NCBI GenBank assembly: GCA_052168235.1
Contig: JBQLZK010000001.1
Location: forward strand, 96,001-160,000
Length of the DNA: 64,000 nt
Origin: Thainema sp.
Lineage (GTDB): Bacteria > Cyanobacteriota > Cyanobacteriia > Phormidesmidales > Phormidesmidaceae
Direction: 5' to 3'
Positions 50,901 through 61,616 of the stretch are shown piece after piece. The position numbers and the translations under genes are program-made. The notes under the pieces were generated by a model. It saw only the letters and a program-made list of their open reading frames with translations. It had not been told where the DNA came from and did not search any database. The number at the start of each line of letters is the position of its first letter. Within the stretch, counting starts at the first letter, position 1.

Positions 50901-53129
50901 AGCAGTCCCACAGTCGCGTTTGACATTGCTATGCCGCCGGACGAGAACTGGGTCTGGTATCCCGACGCCCCCTACCTGGTCTACGATGAGCCGCTTGATC
51001 TGACGGCTGAACCAGAAGTCGTGGTTGAGCGACCAGAGGCGGATCTCGACACGCAGCAAGAGATCGAAGCCGCCGTTGTAGAAGCTGCGATCGAGCCAGA
51101 GGATGATTACAATCGGGCGGAACTGGTCAGGGGGCGCGAGCTGATCATTTCTGACTTCAGTGTCTCAGGTGTCTACCAAAACGGCGCGATTTCTGTGGCA
51201 CCGGGGACACAGATTGAACTGGAAAATCAGACGCTTCTTACCGTGGCTGGCCCGCTGGCCCCCAGCACCGCTGCCGAGTTTGAGCTATCAGATTTAACGG
51301 TGGACGTAATCCGCGAATTTGTCAGTGTCCCGTTTGATATCGAGGGCGAAATCAATGCCAGCGGCCTGATCCAAGGTGGCTTGGGCAATCCGACCGTCAC
51401 GGGCAATGTTGCCTTTACCGATGCCGAGCTGAATCAGGAACCCGTGACCCCGATCCTGGGCGACTTTCGTTATGCCAATGCGCGGCTCAACTTTGTTACT
51501 ACACCGGATTCACTGGTTACGGCCAACGCAAGCATTCCGCTGCCGCCTTCACCCGGCAATGACGATTTTGAGGCAGACGTTTATCTCGATACGGAAGCGA
51601 TTCAGGTTTTGTTGGCCTTCACCGATGATCAGGTTGAATGGGTTGACGGTGAAGCGACAGTGGATTTGGATGCTCGGGGACGGCTCGACTTTTCACCCGC
51701 TGGACTGCAAGCACTGCGAGCGACTGGGGAAGCCAATTTTGACAATGCCACGGTCGATATTGCCCGCATTCAGCAGTATGTAGTTGACGAGCAGCTTATC
51801 CTCAACGGTGAACTTCTGCTCGATCAGGGGCGCATTCGCGCTAACGACGTGGTGGCCCAGTTTGCCGAGGGCGACGTGCTGATTGGCGGTGTACTGCCAA
51901 TTATTGCCCCCATCGGTTCAGCTGATCCCGATGCCGCCACGCCGCTGACGGTGCTGATTGAGGAGCAGGAATTTGATATCGACAGCTTCTACGATGGCGA
52001 GGTGGACGGCAGCGTTGTGCTGACGGGTTCCGCTGCGGCTCCCATTGTCAGCGGCAGTGTCACTCTCTACGATGGCGAGGTTTCAATTCCTGAACGGGAA
52101 TCCGTCGATCCAGATGACAGCGATCTGGATGATGAGCCTGATACGACCTTTGCTGCGATCGCATCTCTTACCGAAGCACCAGAACCTCAATCGAACTTCG
52201 GCTGGACGCCCATCTTTGACGATTTTCAGCTTGTACTCGGTCGAGGCTTCGGCGTAGATAACTTCCCGCTGTACTCGGTTCGCGTCCGAGGGCCGCTAGC
52301 CATCAACGGCACCTTAAACAACCTCCAGGCCAATGGGGTAATTGACGTGACTCGGGCTCGCATCAATCTATTTAGCAGCCAGTTTTATCTCACTCGCCGC
52401 CCAGAAGGTCAAACTATCACCTTCTCGCCGGAATTAGAACTGACCAATCCCTATGTGAACGTGCAGCTTTCTGCTACGGCGTTCGAAAACTTTGCCCTGC
52501 GGCGCGAGGAAGTTTCAGAATCCGAAATTCGCGATGACATTATTCCTAATATTCGTCCCGAAGAAATCGAGGTGTTTCTGACGGTAGATGGCCCAGCCCA
52601 AAGTCTGCTGCCTGATGATCCGCTGACTTCTGCCGCTGAATATTGCCAAGTGCGATCGCCCGCTACGTTTTTGGGTGAAAGTTTAGTTACGCCCGAACAT
52701 CTCCAGTCGCTGGAAGACTGCTTGTTGCTCACGGCTCTATCGGGCGACCTGCAAGACCAGCAGGTAATTCAGTCCCCCGTTGTTGAATTGAGCAGCGTTC
52801 CGGAGCGGAGCAATAGCCAAATCGTGTCGCTGCTGGGTAATCAGTTTTTGGCCTTTGCCGAAGAAGCAGAAGAGGTCATTTCCGGTGGCAGTGAAGAAGA
52901 TATCGTCCTATTTGGTGTGTCTGAATTTGTGGTTAAGCCGCTGATTCAGAACTGGCTGCGGGATGTCGATGACTTTACCGATTCCTTAGGCGAAGAAGTG
53001 GGCCTCTCGCAGTTTCGTGTTTTGCCAACGGTGCGAGCGACTCGTCAACTTGATGAGGATTCTGCGCTTGATTTTCAGTATGACTATCAATATGGGCAGT
53101 TTCGAGTGCAGTATCGGTTGAGGTTTTAG
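47919..53129 (+). CDS. TamB/AsmA-family translocation and assembly module protein
   Basis: N-terminal TM anchor, long beta-rich body, C-terminal SSVPERSNSQIVSLLG...QYRLRF. Confidence 0.8.
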   Translation: MTSPDPNRPQPESESPPSSRRRRRILNAIAITGISFGTLGILGYLALSTWIYRELPSFLENRLEETLDREVKIGGVENFTLTRIRFGPSSIPATPTDPDRIATEAIDLSINPFPLIRKNLHLDIELLEPVLYIEQAEDGSWLDLEFDSQGGEFPLDIDATIELKEAEAAFLPLNTNKAIGVAANGTLQVVGDSEQQTFRYDFIAELADGVAEIQGETLNDEAATKATALLRDIQLAQLTPLLDSLGLRLPVEVVDGELSANLRVDLPSIRELSSLSLYGTVALDQLAAQVEPLEPPITLEGMARFVDQTVVLESLEAAVDDTVAELEGTINFDRGYNLDIDVPSVEFEDVLALAEIEELPIELQGAIQAEFELTGEIDDPQLAGVIRNLRTTQIDEVALDDLQVEFEASLERFVLEELAVSPVVGGDIRAEGFIQFESFEEFLSNPIALDLEVENLPTDTLAALYGVTTPNIRFGTLNANGRIGGTLEDLTGGVTWRLPNAYAEATGAIAALGELQLDGSNLLIRDTRFNLVDQAGAVLVTGQANLDTSAWQSQIQALNVDLSQIPALRDALQSSATLASTARSDRLNAQLALSGNFASLFNDTPTTTITADAIAAQLGDQAVTAAGQFDITQVPGGSLIVSTLLDVTAQSNLASLPQALINQQVRDRNIDLRGLANFQGQLQADNLLSGLTAPGNLNLTGNLNLADFALNQIAFESLLSGPVSITPGQEIVLDLRGQTRAAGRDRIAARLTPCVEARCQLPYLPEFIALRQGGLSPDAVIVSGERRGDILDVSLENFSLALFDLAPGQQVGLQGPVQGQVTGDIAFNLFTFDTSGSITVEQPGLDYILANQFTADFTYRDGIVELTSGSLSLLDRAQSTEYALQGRLNLATGALNAQIDVVRGYVQDLFFLTKVFTVGDVQRGLAAPTYLTANQIYTNPQGTPYASLEYQIKLLIAVTRDLQQLAIARQQATAPEYLDIQGEYTGEVNISGTLSSPTVAFDIAMPPDENWVWYPDAPYLVYDEPLDLTAEPEVVVERPEADLDTQQEIEAAVVEAAIEPEDDYNRAELVRGRELIISDFSVSGVYQNGAISVAPGTQIELENQTLLTVAGPLAPSTAAEFELSDLTVDVIREFVSVPFDIEGEINASGLIQGGLGNPTVTGNVAFTDAELNQEPVTPILGDFRYANARLNFVTTPDSLVTANASIPLPPSPGNDDFEADVYLDTEAIQVLLAFTDDQVEWVDGEATVDLDARGRLDFSPAGLQALRATGEANFDNATVDIARIQQYVVDEQLILNGELLLDQGRIRANDVVAQFAEGDVLIGGVLPIIAPIGSADPDAATPLTVLIEEQEFDIDSFYDGEVDGSVVLTGSAAAPIVSGSVTLYDGEVSIPERESVDPDDSDLDDEPDTTFAAIASLTEAPEPQSNFGWTPIFDDFQLVLGRGFGVDNFPLYSVRVRGPLAINGTLNNLQANGVIDVTRARINLFSSQFYLTRRPEGQTITFSPELELTNPYVNVQLSATAFENFALRREEVSESEIRDDIIPNIRPEEIEVFLTVDGPAQSLLPDDPLTSAAEYCQVRSPATFLGESLVTPEHLQSLEDCLLLTALSGDLQDQQVIQSPVVELSSVPERSNSQIVSLLGNQFLAFAEEAEEVISGGSEEDIVLFGVSEFVVKPLIQNWLRDVDDFTDSLGEEVGLSQFRVLPTVRATRQLDEDSALDFQYDYQYGQFRVQYRLRF

Positions 53130-53133
53130 GTTA

Positions 53134-53192
53134 GTTCATAGTTGATGGTTTGTAGTGGCTGATGGTTCATGGTTATAGCTTATTAGTTTGTA
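53134..53192 (+). repeat. Degenerate heptamer tandem repeats (STRR-like)
   Basis: gttcata gttgatg gtttgta...gctgatg gttcatg gttata. Confidence 0.5.
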
Positions 53193-53311
53193 GAGCGGGT
53201 TGGCGACAAAACAGTACGTCTAAACTAATATAGATGCAGCCCAGAAACGCAGATCCCCTGCTCCCTCGTCCCTAACTCTGTATCTCTGTTAATCAGCAAC
53301 GAATTAAGCCT

Positions 53312-54484
53312 ATGCCCCTCAAACAGTCTGATATTTGGCAACAGCTCCAGGAGAAACGGGAACAGTTCAAACTTCACAATCAAGAAACGCTGAAGTATCT
53401 CCAGCAGTATCGCGCGGCGCTGCGGCATATCAGCAAGCTTTCCGCCAAAGAATGGAAACAGCGGGTGAATAGCCTGCCGCCGCTCAGTGGTGCGATTCCA
53501 ATTGAATCGTTTGTTGAAACAGAACAAGGTGCGATCGCACATCGCCTTACCTGGGGTAGTCGGGAAGAGAGCTTGGCCTGGGTGCGGGACAAAATTACCG
53601 GAGTGGCCACGTTTGCGGTGGATGGGTCGCAGATTTATCCCAGCAAGGATATTTCGCTGCTGGTAGCGCTAGTGCAGGTGGGCTGGTACGAGAACCTGCA
53701 TAAAGACGAGGGGGCGTATAGCAAAGATATTGAAGTGGAGGTGATGACGCCAATTGATCTAGCAGTTGAAGATCGGCGGGAGCTGATTGACCGGAAGGTA
53801 AATATGCGCCGCTTTCAGATGGAAACTGACTGTCTGGTGCGCTATATGGAAGCCCATGAAGGTGATGAAAACTGCCTGGTCTTCTTCGATGGTTCACTGG
53901 TGGCGACGTTCGCTGAAGCCTTTGACTTAAACAGTCAAAAGTTTTACGTCTCCTGTCTCACTCGCCTGCTCAATGCCAGTCAAACCTTTCGCGTTCCCCT
54001 GGTCGGCTATGTCGATACGTCCTACGCCCGCGACTTGACGACCATGCTTCAGCACATGGAGCAACTGCCCGATGTGGAATCAATTCACGACGCCCAGATT
54101 TTGAATACGGTTTTGAAAGACCGCTGGGGCGATCGCACTCCCTTATGCTTGTGCGATCGCAGCGGCATCCTGCGCGAATATGGCCACCAGCAGGATCAGA
54201 TTACGTTTACGTATCTCAAAACTAACCAAAGCTATCCCGCTCGTTTGGAACTGCCTGCCTGGATTTACAAAGCGGGACGCCTAGAACAGGTGATTGACTG
54301 GGTTCGCAGCGAAGTGGTCATTGGCGGTGGCTATCCCTATGTGATTGAAACCGCTGACCAAACCGCCGTTCTGCAAGCTGGCGATCGCAACGCGTTCTAC
54401 CGCATTCTGCAAGACTGGGCCGACACCGAGCAGTTGAATCTCCGCCTCTCGCGCAAGATGGTCAGCAAAGCCCGCCGCCGCTAA
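53312..54484 (+). CDS. NurA-family nuclease
   Basis: AVDGSQI, FFDGSL, GYPYVIETAD motifs. Confidence 0.82.
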   Translation: MPLKQSDIWQQLQEKREQFKLHNQETLKYLQQYRAALRHISKLSAKEWKQRVNSLPPLSGAIPIESFVETEQGAIAHRLTWGSREESLAWVRDKITGVATFAVDGSQIYPSKDISLLVALVQVGWYENLHKDEGAYSKDIEVEVMTPIDLAVEDRRELIDRKVNMRRFQMETDCLVRYMEAHEGDENCLVFFDGSLVATFAEAFDLNSQKFYVSCLTRLLNASQTFRVPLVGYVDTSYARDLTTMLQHMEQLPDVESIHDAQILNTVLKDRWGDRTPLCLCDRSGILREYGHQQDQITFTYLKTNQSYPARLELPAWIYKAGRLEQVIDWVRSEVVIGGGYPYVIETADQTAVLQAGDRNAFYRILQDWADTEQLNLRLSRKMVSKARRR

Positions 54485-54492
54485 GTTCAATG

Positions 54493-54532
54493 AGTCGTTC
54501 CAGGTTTGGGCTGAGCCAAACCTAGAACGACT
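54493..54532. terminator. Imperfect hairpin between convergent genes
   Basis: agtcgttccaggtttgggc-tga-gccaaacctagaacgact. Confidence 0.55.
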
Positions 54533-54543
54533 TCAACTGCTGC

Positions 54544-54765
54544 TTATGAGGCGAGGGAGCAGTTGGGAAATCGACCGGCTTGGCAGGCGCTGACAATCGC
54601 ATTGCGGCAGTGCAATGGACTTTCCCCCGTCTGCTGAGCCACTTCTTTCAGATTAATTAGCGGATGACTGCTTTCAGGCGCTTGCAGATAGAGATCGTAA
54701 GCAACTTCTAAGATGTCCTGATCAAGGGGGCGGACGTTGAGCGTTTTGGCAATGACGTTAAACAT
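54544..54765 (-). CDS. Small hypothetical protein (possible helix-turn-helix)
   Basis: 73-aa ORF filling the gap; INLKEVAQQTGESPLHCRNAI resembles an HTH. Confidence 0.5.
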   Translation of the reverse strand: MFNVIAKTLNVRPLDQDILEVAYDLYLQAPESSHPLINLKEVAQQTGESPLHCRNAIVSACQAGRFPNCSLAS

Positions 54766-55018
54766 GGGAAGAATCTTAAAGAAATTTGGCTTAAAGGCGA
54801 TTGATTCCGTAAATATACAGAAGCCGCTCTTCGTTCCAAAATCTCCTAAAGATAGACCTAGTGGACGAGAACTCTTTCTCCTGATACATATCGGGCGATA
54901 GAAAACGGCATAGGGGAATCCGATACAGCCAAAGCCAGCTAGATTCGTCATCATAACTAAATGGGGTATTTTCCCCGTTGCTGTTCAAAAAACCGCTATA
55001 AAAACCAAACCTATACAT

Positions 55019-57037
55019 ATGGCTAACTTTTCCATCCAGGCCCCTTTTGAACCAATGGGCGATCAGCCAAGTGCGATCGCACAATTAACGGCTGGACTGC
55101 GCCAAAATCATCGCTATCAAACCCTGCTCGGTGCCACGGGTACGGGTAAGACGCATACGATTGCGCGGGTGATTGATCAGATTGGTAAGCCGACGCTGGT
55201 TTTGGCCCATAACAAAACTCTGGCGGCGCAGTTGTGCAACGAGCTGCGGGAGTTCTTTCCAGATAACGCAGTGGAGTACTTCATCAGCTATTACGACTAC
55301 TACCAGCCGGAAGCCTACATTCCGGTTACGGATACGTACATCGCCAAGACTGCGTCGATCAACGATGAAATCGACATGCTGCGCCACTCGGCAACGCGAT
55401 CGCTGTTTGAGCGCAAAGACGTAATCGTGGTGGCGTCGATTAGCTGTATTTACGGTTTGGGAATCCCGTCGGAGTATTTGAAGGCGTCGATTCCGCTCCA
55501 GGTGGGCATGGAGGTGAATCAGCGGCAGATTTTGCGCGACCTGGCTTCGGTGCAGTATGAGCGCAATGATTTGGACGTGGGCCGGGGTCGCTTCCGGGTC
55601 AAGGGCGACGTGCTGGAGATTGGCCCAGCCTACGAAGACCGGATTATCCGGGTCGAGTTTTTTGGCGATGAGATCGACGCGATTCGCTACATCGATCCGA
55701 TTACGGGCGAAACGCTACAGAGCATGGATGCGTTGAGTATCTATCCGGCGCGTCACTTTGTCACTCCCGATGAGCGGCTAGAAGAAGCCTGCAATGCCAT
55801 TCAGTTGGAACTGCGGGAGCGGCTGGAGGAACTGGAGCTAAACGGCAAACTGCTGGAAGCGCAGCGACTGGAACAGCGCACTCGCTACGATCTAGAAATG
55901 CTGCGGGAAGTGGGCTACTGCAACGGCGTGGAAAACTATGCCCGTCACCTGGCCGGACGCCTGCCCGGATCGCCGCCGGAGTGCTTAATTGATTATTTCC
56001 CCAGCAAAGACTGGCTGCTGGTGATCGATGAGTCTCACGTGACGGTGCCGCAGATTCGGGCCATGTATAACGGCGATCGCGCCCGCAAGACGGTGCTGAT
56101 TGATCATGGTTTCCGGTTGCCCAGTGCGGCAGATAACCGTCCGCTCAAGGCGGAAGAATTTTGGGAGAAAGTCAACCAGTGTATTTTTGTTTCCGCCACG
56201 CCCGGTGACTGGGAGATCCAGATATCTGAAGGACAGGTGGCTGAGCAGGTGATTCGTCCGACGGGTGTACTCGATCCGGAAATTTTCGTGCGTCCCACAG
56301 AGGGGCAAGTCGATGACCTACTCGGAGAAATCCAGGAGCGGGCGCAGCGGCAGGAGCGGACGCTGGTGACGACTCTGACCAAGCGCATGGCCGAGGATTT
56401 GACCGAGTATTTTGAAGAGCATGGGGTGCGGGTGCGCTATTTGCACTCGGAGATTCACTCAATCGAGCGGATTGAGATTATCCAAGATCTGCGAAACGGG
56501 GTGTTTGACGTGCTGATCGGCGTGAACCTGCTGCGGGAAGGATTGGATTTGCCGGAAGTCTCCCTCGTTGCCATTCTTGACGCCGATAAGGAAGGCTTCC
56601 TGCGGGCTGAGCGATCGCTGATTCAGACCATTGGCCGAGCGGCGCGACATGTGCGGGGACAAGCGGTACTGTACGCGGACAACCTGACCGACAGCATGGC
56701 TAAAGCCATTGGCGAAACCGAGCGGCGGCGACAAATCCAGATGGAGTACAACGAGAAGCACGGCATTACACCCCAGCCGATCGTCAAGAAACCGAAGAAC
56801 TCGATTCTGGCCTTCTTGGAAATCTCCCGCCGCTTGAACGCCGAAGAACTAGAGATTGCTTATGAAAACTCCTATGATCTGCCGCTGGAAGATATTCCCC
56901 AATTGATTACCCAGCTTGAAGCACAGATGAAAGAGGCCGCCAAGAATCTAGAATTTGAAGAGGCCGCCAAATATCGCGATCGCATCAAGCAACTGCGCGA
57001 TCGACTAACGGGCCGTGCGAGTCGATCGCAATCATAA
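55019..57037 (+). CDS. uvrB: Excinuclease ABC subunit B
   Basis: [31 protein letters not shown]-terminal UVR domain. Confidence 0.98.
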   Translation: MANFSIQAPFEPMGDQPSAIAQLTAGLRQNHRYQTLLGATGTGKTHTIARVIDQIGKPTLVLAHNKTLAAQLCNELREFFPDNAVEYFISYYDYYQPEAYIPVTDTYIAKTASINDEIDMLRHSATRSLFERKDVIVVASISCIYGLGIPSEYLKASIPLQVGMEVNQRQILRDLASVQYERNDLDVGRGRFRVKGDVLEIGPAYEDRIIRVEFFGDEIDAIRYIDPITGETLQSMDALSIYPARHFVTPDERLEEACNAIQLELRERLEELELNGKLLEAQRLEQRTRYDLEMLREVGYCNGVENYARHLAGRLPGSPPECLIDYFPSKDWLLVIDESHVTVPQIRAMYNGDRARKTVLIDHGFRLPSAADNRPLKAEEFWEKVNQCIFVSATPGDWEIQISEGQVAEQVIRPTGVLDPEIFVRPTEGQVDDLLGEIQERAQRQERTLVTTLTKRMAEDLTEYFEEHGVRVRYLHSEIHSIERIEIIQDLRNGVFDVLIGVNLLREGLDLPEVSLVAILDADKEGFLRAERSLIQTIGRAARHVRGQAVLYADNLTDSMAKAIGETERRRQIQMEYNEKHGITPQPIVKKPKNSILAFLEISRRLNAEELEIAYENSYDLPLEDIPQLITQLEAQMKEAAKNLEFEEAAKYRDRIKQLRDRLTGRASRSQS

Positions 57038-57191
57038 TTGAGGGATTACTAATTTCAAGGATGGCTGTGTGTCAGGTAGCTGAATTCCCTGACACATCGT
57101 CATCCTCAGATGAAGCAACGCTGTGATAAATATGGACAGATGATGACTGTCGTGCAACTCGTCAGCAGCATGGCCAAACGGTGCCTTATTC

Positions 57192-58037
57192 ATGAGTTCG
57201 ACTTTAGTACGTTTTCTTGACCATCAATCTCGGCCTTTTCTGATCGGCCTGAGTGCTGCCTTATTCATTGCTATTAGCAGCATTGACTATTTTATTGTGA
57301 CGGCTGATCTGGGACTGTCCATCTTTTATGTTGCACCGATTTCGATTTTGGCCTGGTATGTCGGTCGCCGCAGTGCCTTTACCTTATCGATTATCAGCGC
57401 GATCGCATGGGGGCTAGCCGAATATCGCGCTAAAGAATATTACACTCTCCTATTCCCGATTTGGAATGCGGGCGTACGGCTCACCTTCTTTTGTTTGGTG
57501 AGCTATCTGATGGTGTCCTTGAGAGCGGCCTACGAGCGAGAGAAGCAGTTTGCCCGAATTGATGGCCTAACGCAGATTCTGAATCGCCGCTTTTTTATGG
57601 AGGTGCTGGAGCAGGAACTCCTGCGATCGCGCCGCTATCACTATCCGATTACCCTAGCTTATCTAGATCTGGATAACTTCAAAGCCGTCAACGATAAGCA
57701 GGGCCATCACATGGGCGATCAGCTTTTGCAGCAGGTTGCCCGCACCCTGACGGCCACCCTGCGAGATAGCGATCGCATTGCGCGGCTGGGCGGCGACGAG
57801 TTTGCTGTTTTGCTGCCCCATCTGGCCCCTCAAGAAGCAAAGATAGCGCTCAAGCGAATTCACGAACAGCTGCTGTATCAAGTTGAAGCGACCACTTGGG
57901 GCGTGGGCTTTAGTTTAGGAGCTGTGACCTGTCAAAGCTCTGCACCCTCGGTTCAAGACCTGCTGAACGAAGCCGACCGCCTCATGTATACCGTCAAAAA
58001 CGGCGGCAAAAATCAAGTTCGACACCAGGTCATTTAA
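57192..58037 (+). CDS. Membrane-bound diguanylate cyclase
   Basis: N-terminal TM helices; DLDNFKAVND, RDSD I-site, GGDEF. Confidence 0.92.
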   Translation: MSSTLVRFLDHQSRPFLIGLSAALFIAISSIDYFIVTADLGLSIFYVAPISILAWYVGRRSAFTLSIISAIAWGLAEYRAKEYYTLLFPIWNAGVRLTFFCLVSYLMVSLRAAYEREKQFARIDGLTQILNRRFFMEVLEQELLRSRRYHYPITLAYLDLDNFKAVNDKQGHHMGDQLLQQVARTLTATLRDSDRIARLGGDEFAVLLPHLAPQEAKIALKRIHEQLLYQVEATTWGVGFSLGAVTCQSSAPSVQDLLNEADRLMYTVKNGGKNQVRHQVI

Positions 58038-58145
58038 ATTAAATCTGCCGATCAATCCGCCAAAACTGCATGAAGTCAGTCTGAATTCCTTTGGGTGAAG
58101 CGCAATATTATAATAGCGAAGCCGTCACGGTAATACGAAAACACT

Positions 58146-59360
58146 ATGGCTGCTCCTTATGCCTGGATTGAACAGTCCCTCAACACCATTCATCGCGCAA
58201 ACTGGCATCGCTCAGTTCAGACCATTGAAAGTCAGTCCGGGGCAGTCGTTCTGCTAGAAGGCACGCCACTGATCAATTTTGCTAGCAATGATTATTTAGG
58301 ACTCGCCAGCGACCCCCGCCTAGCCAAAGCTGCGATCGCAGCGATTAAAGAATATGGCACCAGCAGCACCGGGTCGCGCTTACTCAGCGGTCAGCGAGAA
58401 CTACATAGCCAGATCGAATTAGCCATCGCCCGTTTCAAACAAACCGAAGATGCGCTGGTTTTTAGTTCGGGCTATCTGGCCAACATCGGCACCATCACGG
58501 CTCTCGTCGATCATCGCGATTTGATTGTGTCGGATCAATACAACCACTCCAGCCTGCGCAATGGAGCGGCGATGAGTGGCGCAACGGTGGTGGACTATGC
58601 CCACTGTGACCTGACCGATTTAAAAACTCAGCTTGAAACGCACCGCGATCGCAGTCGCCGCTGCCTGATTATTACCGACAGCGTCTTTAGTATGGATGGC
58701 GATCTCTGTCCCCTGCCCGGAATCTTAGATTTGGCCGATCAGTTTGACTGCATGGTGCTGGTGGATGAGGCCCACGGCACGGGTGTTTTGGGCGAAACGG
58801 GCGCAGGCTGTGTAGAGCACTTTGGCTGTACCACCCGTCCGCTGATTCAAATCGGCACATTGAGCAAAGCAATGGGCAGTTTGGGCGGCTATGTTGCCGC
58901 GTCGGCGCAAGTAATTGACTGGCTGCGCAACCGTGCCCCTAGCTGGATTTACACCACAGCGCTCACTCCGGCAGATACTGCGGCAGCGTTGATGGGGTTG
59001 AAAATTGTCCAGGCCGAACCGGAACGGCGATCGCAACTGTGGAAAAATGTGCAGCAGTTTCAAATGGGATTAGATCAATTGTTCAAGGAAGAGGCCGCAC
59101 AGAATCCCGATGCGCCTCAGCGCATTCCGTCCGAGTCAGCTATTGTTGGTCTCCGAGTCAAAGATGCCGAGACGGTACTGAGTATCGGCCATCGGCTTAA
59201 GGATCACGGGATTTTTGCGGCGGCGGTGCGTCCTCCAACCGTACCCACCAGCCGTCTCCGTTTTACGCTGATGGCTACTCATACGCCGGAACACATCCGC
59301 TACTTGCTGGAGGCGATCGCATGTTTGACACAGATGACAAACGCCCAGCTCGCTCAGTAG
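58146..59360 (+). CDS. bioF: 8-amino-7-oxononanoate synthase
   Basis: [30 protein letters not shown]. Confidence 0.93.
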   Translation: MAAPYAWIEQSLNTIHRANWHRSVQTIESQSGAVVLLEGTPLINFASNDYLGLASDPRLAKAAIAAIKEYGTSSTGSRLLSGQRELHSQIELAIARFKQTEDALVFSSGYLANIGTITALVDHRDLIVSDQYNHSSLRNGAAMSGATVVDYAHCDLTDLKTQLETHRDRSRRCLIITDSVFSMDGDLCPLPGILDLADQFDCMVLVDEAHGTGVLGETGAGCVEHFGCTTRPLIQIGTLSKAMGSLGGYVAASAQVIDWLRNRAPSWIYTTALTPADTAAALMGLKIVQAEPERRSQLWKNVQQFQMGLDQLFKEEAAQNPDAPQRIPSESAIVGLRVKDAETVLSIGHRLKDHGIFAAAVRPPTVPTSRLRFTLMATHTPEHIRYLLEAIACLTQMTNAQLAQ

Positions 59361-59376
59361 GCCAAGATCAACGCCT

Positions 59377-59993
59377 ATGCCCTCTACGGTTGCCATCATC
59401 TTAGCGGCTGGAGCCTCAAGTCGGATGGGGCAGTGCAAAGCGCTTTTGCCCTGGCTCAACGGGTCTACCCTGCTGTCCTATCAGATTGCCCAGCTTCAGC
59501 AATCCGGTGTTCATCCGGTTGTCGTCCTGAGTCCTCAAACTACAGCAAACTGCGATCGCGTCTTAGCTCAATTCCAACGCAACGCTCAAAACCTGACATG
59601 CGTCGTCAATCCAGAGCCAGCACGCGGCAAAACAAGCTCCATTTTGACCGGACTCCACGCGATTCCAATCCCCTGGCACACCCTAATTGTTTCCGCCGTC
59701 GATCAGCCCCGTCCCGCCTGGTTCTACCAAACATTGCTCAATGCCCACCACCAGCACACTGCCCTAATCACCCTACCGACGTTCCAGGGACGCTCTGGGC
59801 ATCCCGTTTTATTTGATGCAACCTTGCAACCAGAGCTGGCACGTATCCAAGAAGACAGTCTCGGACTGCGCGCCGTTGTGCAAACCATGCCACCAACGTA
59901 CAAAAAATTGACCTGCAAAGTGCGATCGCGCTGGCTGATTTGAACACACCTGATATCTATCAACAGGCCCTCGAACAATTTCAATCGGCTTAG
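59377..59993 (+). pseudogene. MocA/MobA-like nucleotidyltransferase, frameshifted near the C-terminus
   Basis: LAAGASSRMG, VDQP, GHPVLF; the conserved DLNTPDIY motif is in the -1 frame after about 59885 and ends at TAG 59991-59993. Confidence 0.75.
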
Positions 59994-60012
59994 CACGCTG
60001 CATTCGGCTGCA

Positions 60013-60900
60013 TTAGTCAGTTGGCCGGAGGGAAAACTGCTGCTCTAGCTGGCGATAGTGGGGCACGTCAATAATTTGCTCAAAGTCATGAAACGAAATC
60101 GGTGTTTCCAAGCCCAGCGTTGTCTGATGCTGGTGCAAATGCTGGAAGCACTGCTGTAGAGCATGAGTGGCCGCAAACAGCCCCGCCAGCGGATGAACAA
60201 TAATCTTATAGCCTAACTCCTGGAGTTCCACTGGCGTCATCAGCGGCGTTTTGCTACCCTGAATCATATTGGCGAAGAGTGGAAAGTTGGGGAATGCAGT
60301 TGCGATCGCGCGTAACTCTTCAGCCGACTGGGGCGCTTCAATAAACAGCACGTCCGCCCCTGCGTCGATATACATCTGACCTCGATGAATCGCTTCGTCT
60401 AATCCCAACGGCGCACGGGCATCGGTTCGGGCAATCAGCACAAACTCGCTCTCGCCTCGCGCATGAACGGCGGCACGGATTTTCTGCACATGCTCAGCGA
60501 CTGGAATCACCCGCTTGCCCTCAAAGTGACCACACTTTTTCGGCCACTCCTGATCTTCCAAAATCATGCCCGCCATGCCAAACCGCAAACAGTCCTCCAC
60601 GGTGCGGATCACGTTGAGCGGATTGCCGTAGCCCGTATCCATATCGGCAATCAGAGGAATCTCAATCGCCGCTGCCATGTGTCCCACCGTTTCAATCATC
60701 TCTGTCGCCGTCACAAACCCATAGTCAGGCCGACCAAGCAGGGACGCCGCAATGCCAAAACCGCTAGTAAACACAGCTTCAAAACCCACCTGCTGAGCAA
60801 TCTTGGCGCTGAGGCAGTCATACACACCCGGTAGAACTATCGGTTCGGGACGCTGAAGCAGAGAACGAAACTGTTGAGCAGGAGTTGTAGAAGACGGCAT
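60013..60900 (-). CDS. Isocitrate lyase/PEP mutase family protein (methylisocitrate lyase-like)
   Basis: DMDTGYG, EDQEWPKKCGH, IARTDA. Confidence 0.88.
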   Translation of the reverse strand: MPSSTTPAQQFRSLLQRPEPIVLPGVYDCLSAKIAQQVGFEAVFTSGFGIAASLLGRPDYGFVTATEMIETVGHMAAAIEIPLIADMDTGYGNPLNVIRTVEDCLRFGMAGMILEDQEWPKKCGHFEGKRVIPVAEHVQKIRAAVHARGESEFVLIARTDARAPLGLDEAIHRGQMYIDAGADVLFIEAPQSAEELRAIATAFPNFPLFANMIQGSKTPLMTPVELQELGYKIIVHPLAGLFAATHALQQCFQHLHQHQTTLGLETPISFHDFEQIIDVPHYRQLEQQFSLRPTD

Positions 60901-60962
60901 TTCTGATCAGTATGAGCTGCTAATAAAGTAGAGGAGTTGAGTAAGCAAGAAATCTTACTTAC

Positions 60963-61613
60963 TCAACTCAAATCGTATAAAGTCTTAAACCAAGTCACAA
61001 ATTTCTGAGCATTAGGATGCTTGGGATCTAAAATGCGCTCCATAACGGCCTGATGGAGTCGCCGTCCTGGAGACTTTTGCCAGGCCAGCCAAGTATAAAT
61101 GTTAGCTTTATCAAGTTTTTGTTCGGCCAGCTCTGCACCTTTGCGCTTTGCCTCCTGAACAGCCTCTTGAGCAAATCGCCAAAGTTCTTCATTGTCTGAG
61201 GGAATTAGATAGGCTAGAAAAGTTTCTAACATACCCCGCATTTGGTTATCCGGCATCATCCAAATACCAAATTTAATTTCATCAGATGTAGTGTGTATTA
61301 ATCCGTTTTCAGATAGATCTGTTGGAATATCTGGAATGCTTGTTGAAACTGCTTTTATAACACTTTGCCAACGTGCATCAGGATTTTCATCGGCATCAAT
61401 TATGATTCCAAGCGCAGAAAGTCCAGAGCCTTGTAACTCAGTTGCAATACTGTCCGGATCTATTAAGTTTGAATATCCGTCACAATCGCGAATATAAACA
61501 ATTGGATCTTTTTTAGTTCCCCAATCAATGCCGTTTGCCTCTATTAGTTCTGGGATTACAAATTTATCTTGTGCTCCTTCCACTAAAAGAACGTTTGAAT
61601 GCAACTCGGCCAT
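60963..61613 (-). CDS. DUF3226-like protein with TOPRIM-type acidic motifs
   Basis: LLVEGAQD, IIIDAD, WMMPDN...GMLETFL, KANIYTWLAWQ. Confidence 0.72.
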   Translation of the reverse strand: MAELHSNVLLVEGAQDKFVIPELIEANGIDWGTKKDPIVYIRDCDGYSNLIDPDSIATELQGSGLSALGIIIDADENPDARWQSVIKAVSTSIPDIPTDLSENGLIHTTSDEIKFGIWMMPDNQMRGMLETFLAYLIPSDNEELWRFAQEAVQEAKRKGAELAEQKLDKANIYTWLAWQKSPGRRLHQAVMERILDPKHPNAQKFVTWFKTLYDLS

Positions 61614-61616
61614 CTC

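Noticed and set aside
57059..57105. Hairpin after uvrB as a member of the perfect-palindrome family
   Set aside because: Several mismatches, an 11-nt loop and no TIRs; at most an ordinary stem-loop.
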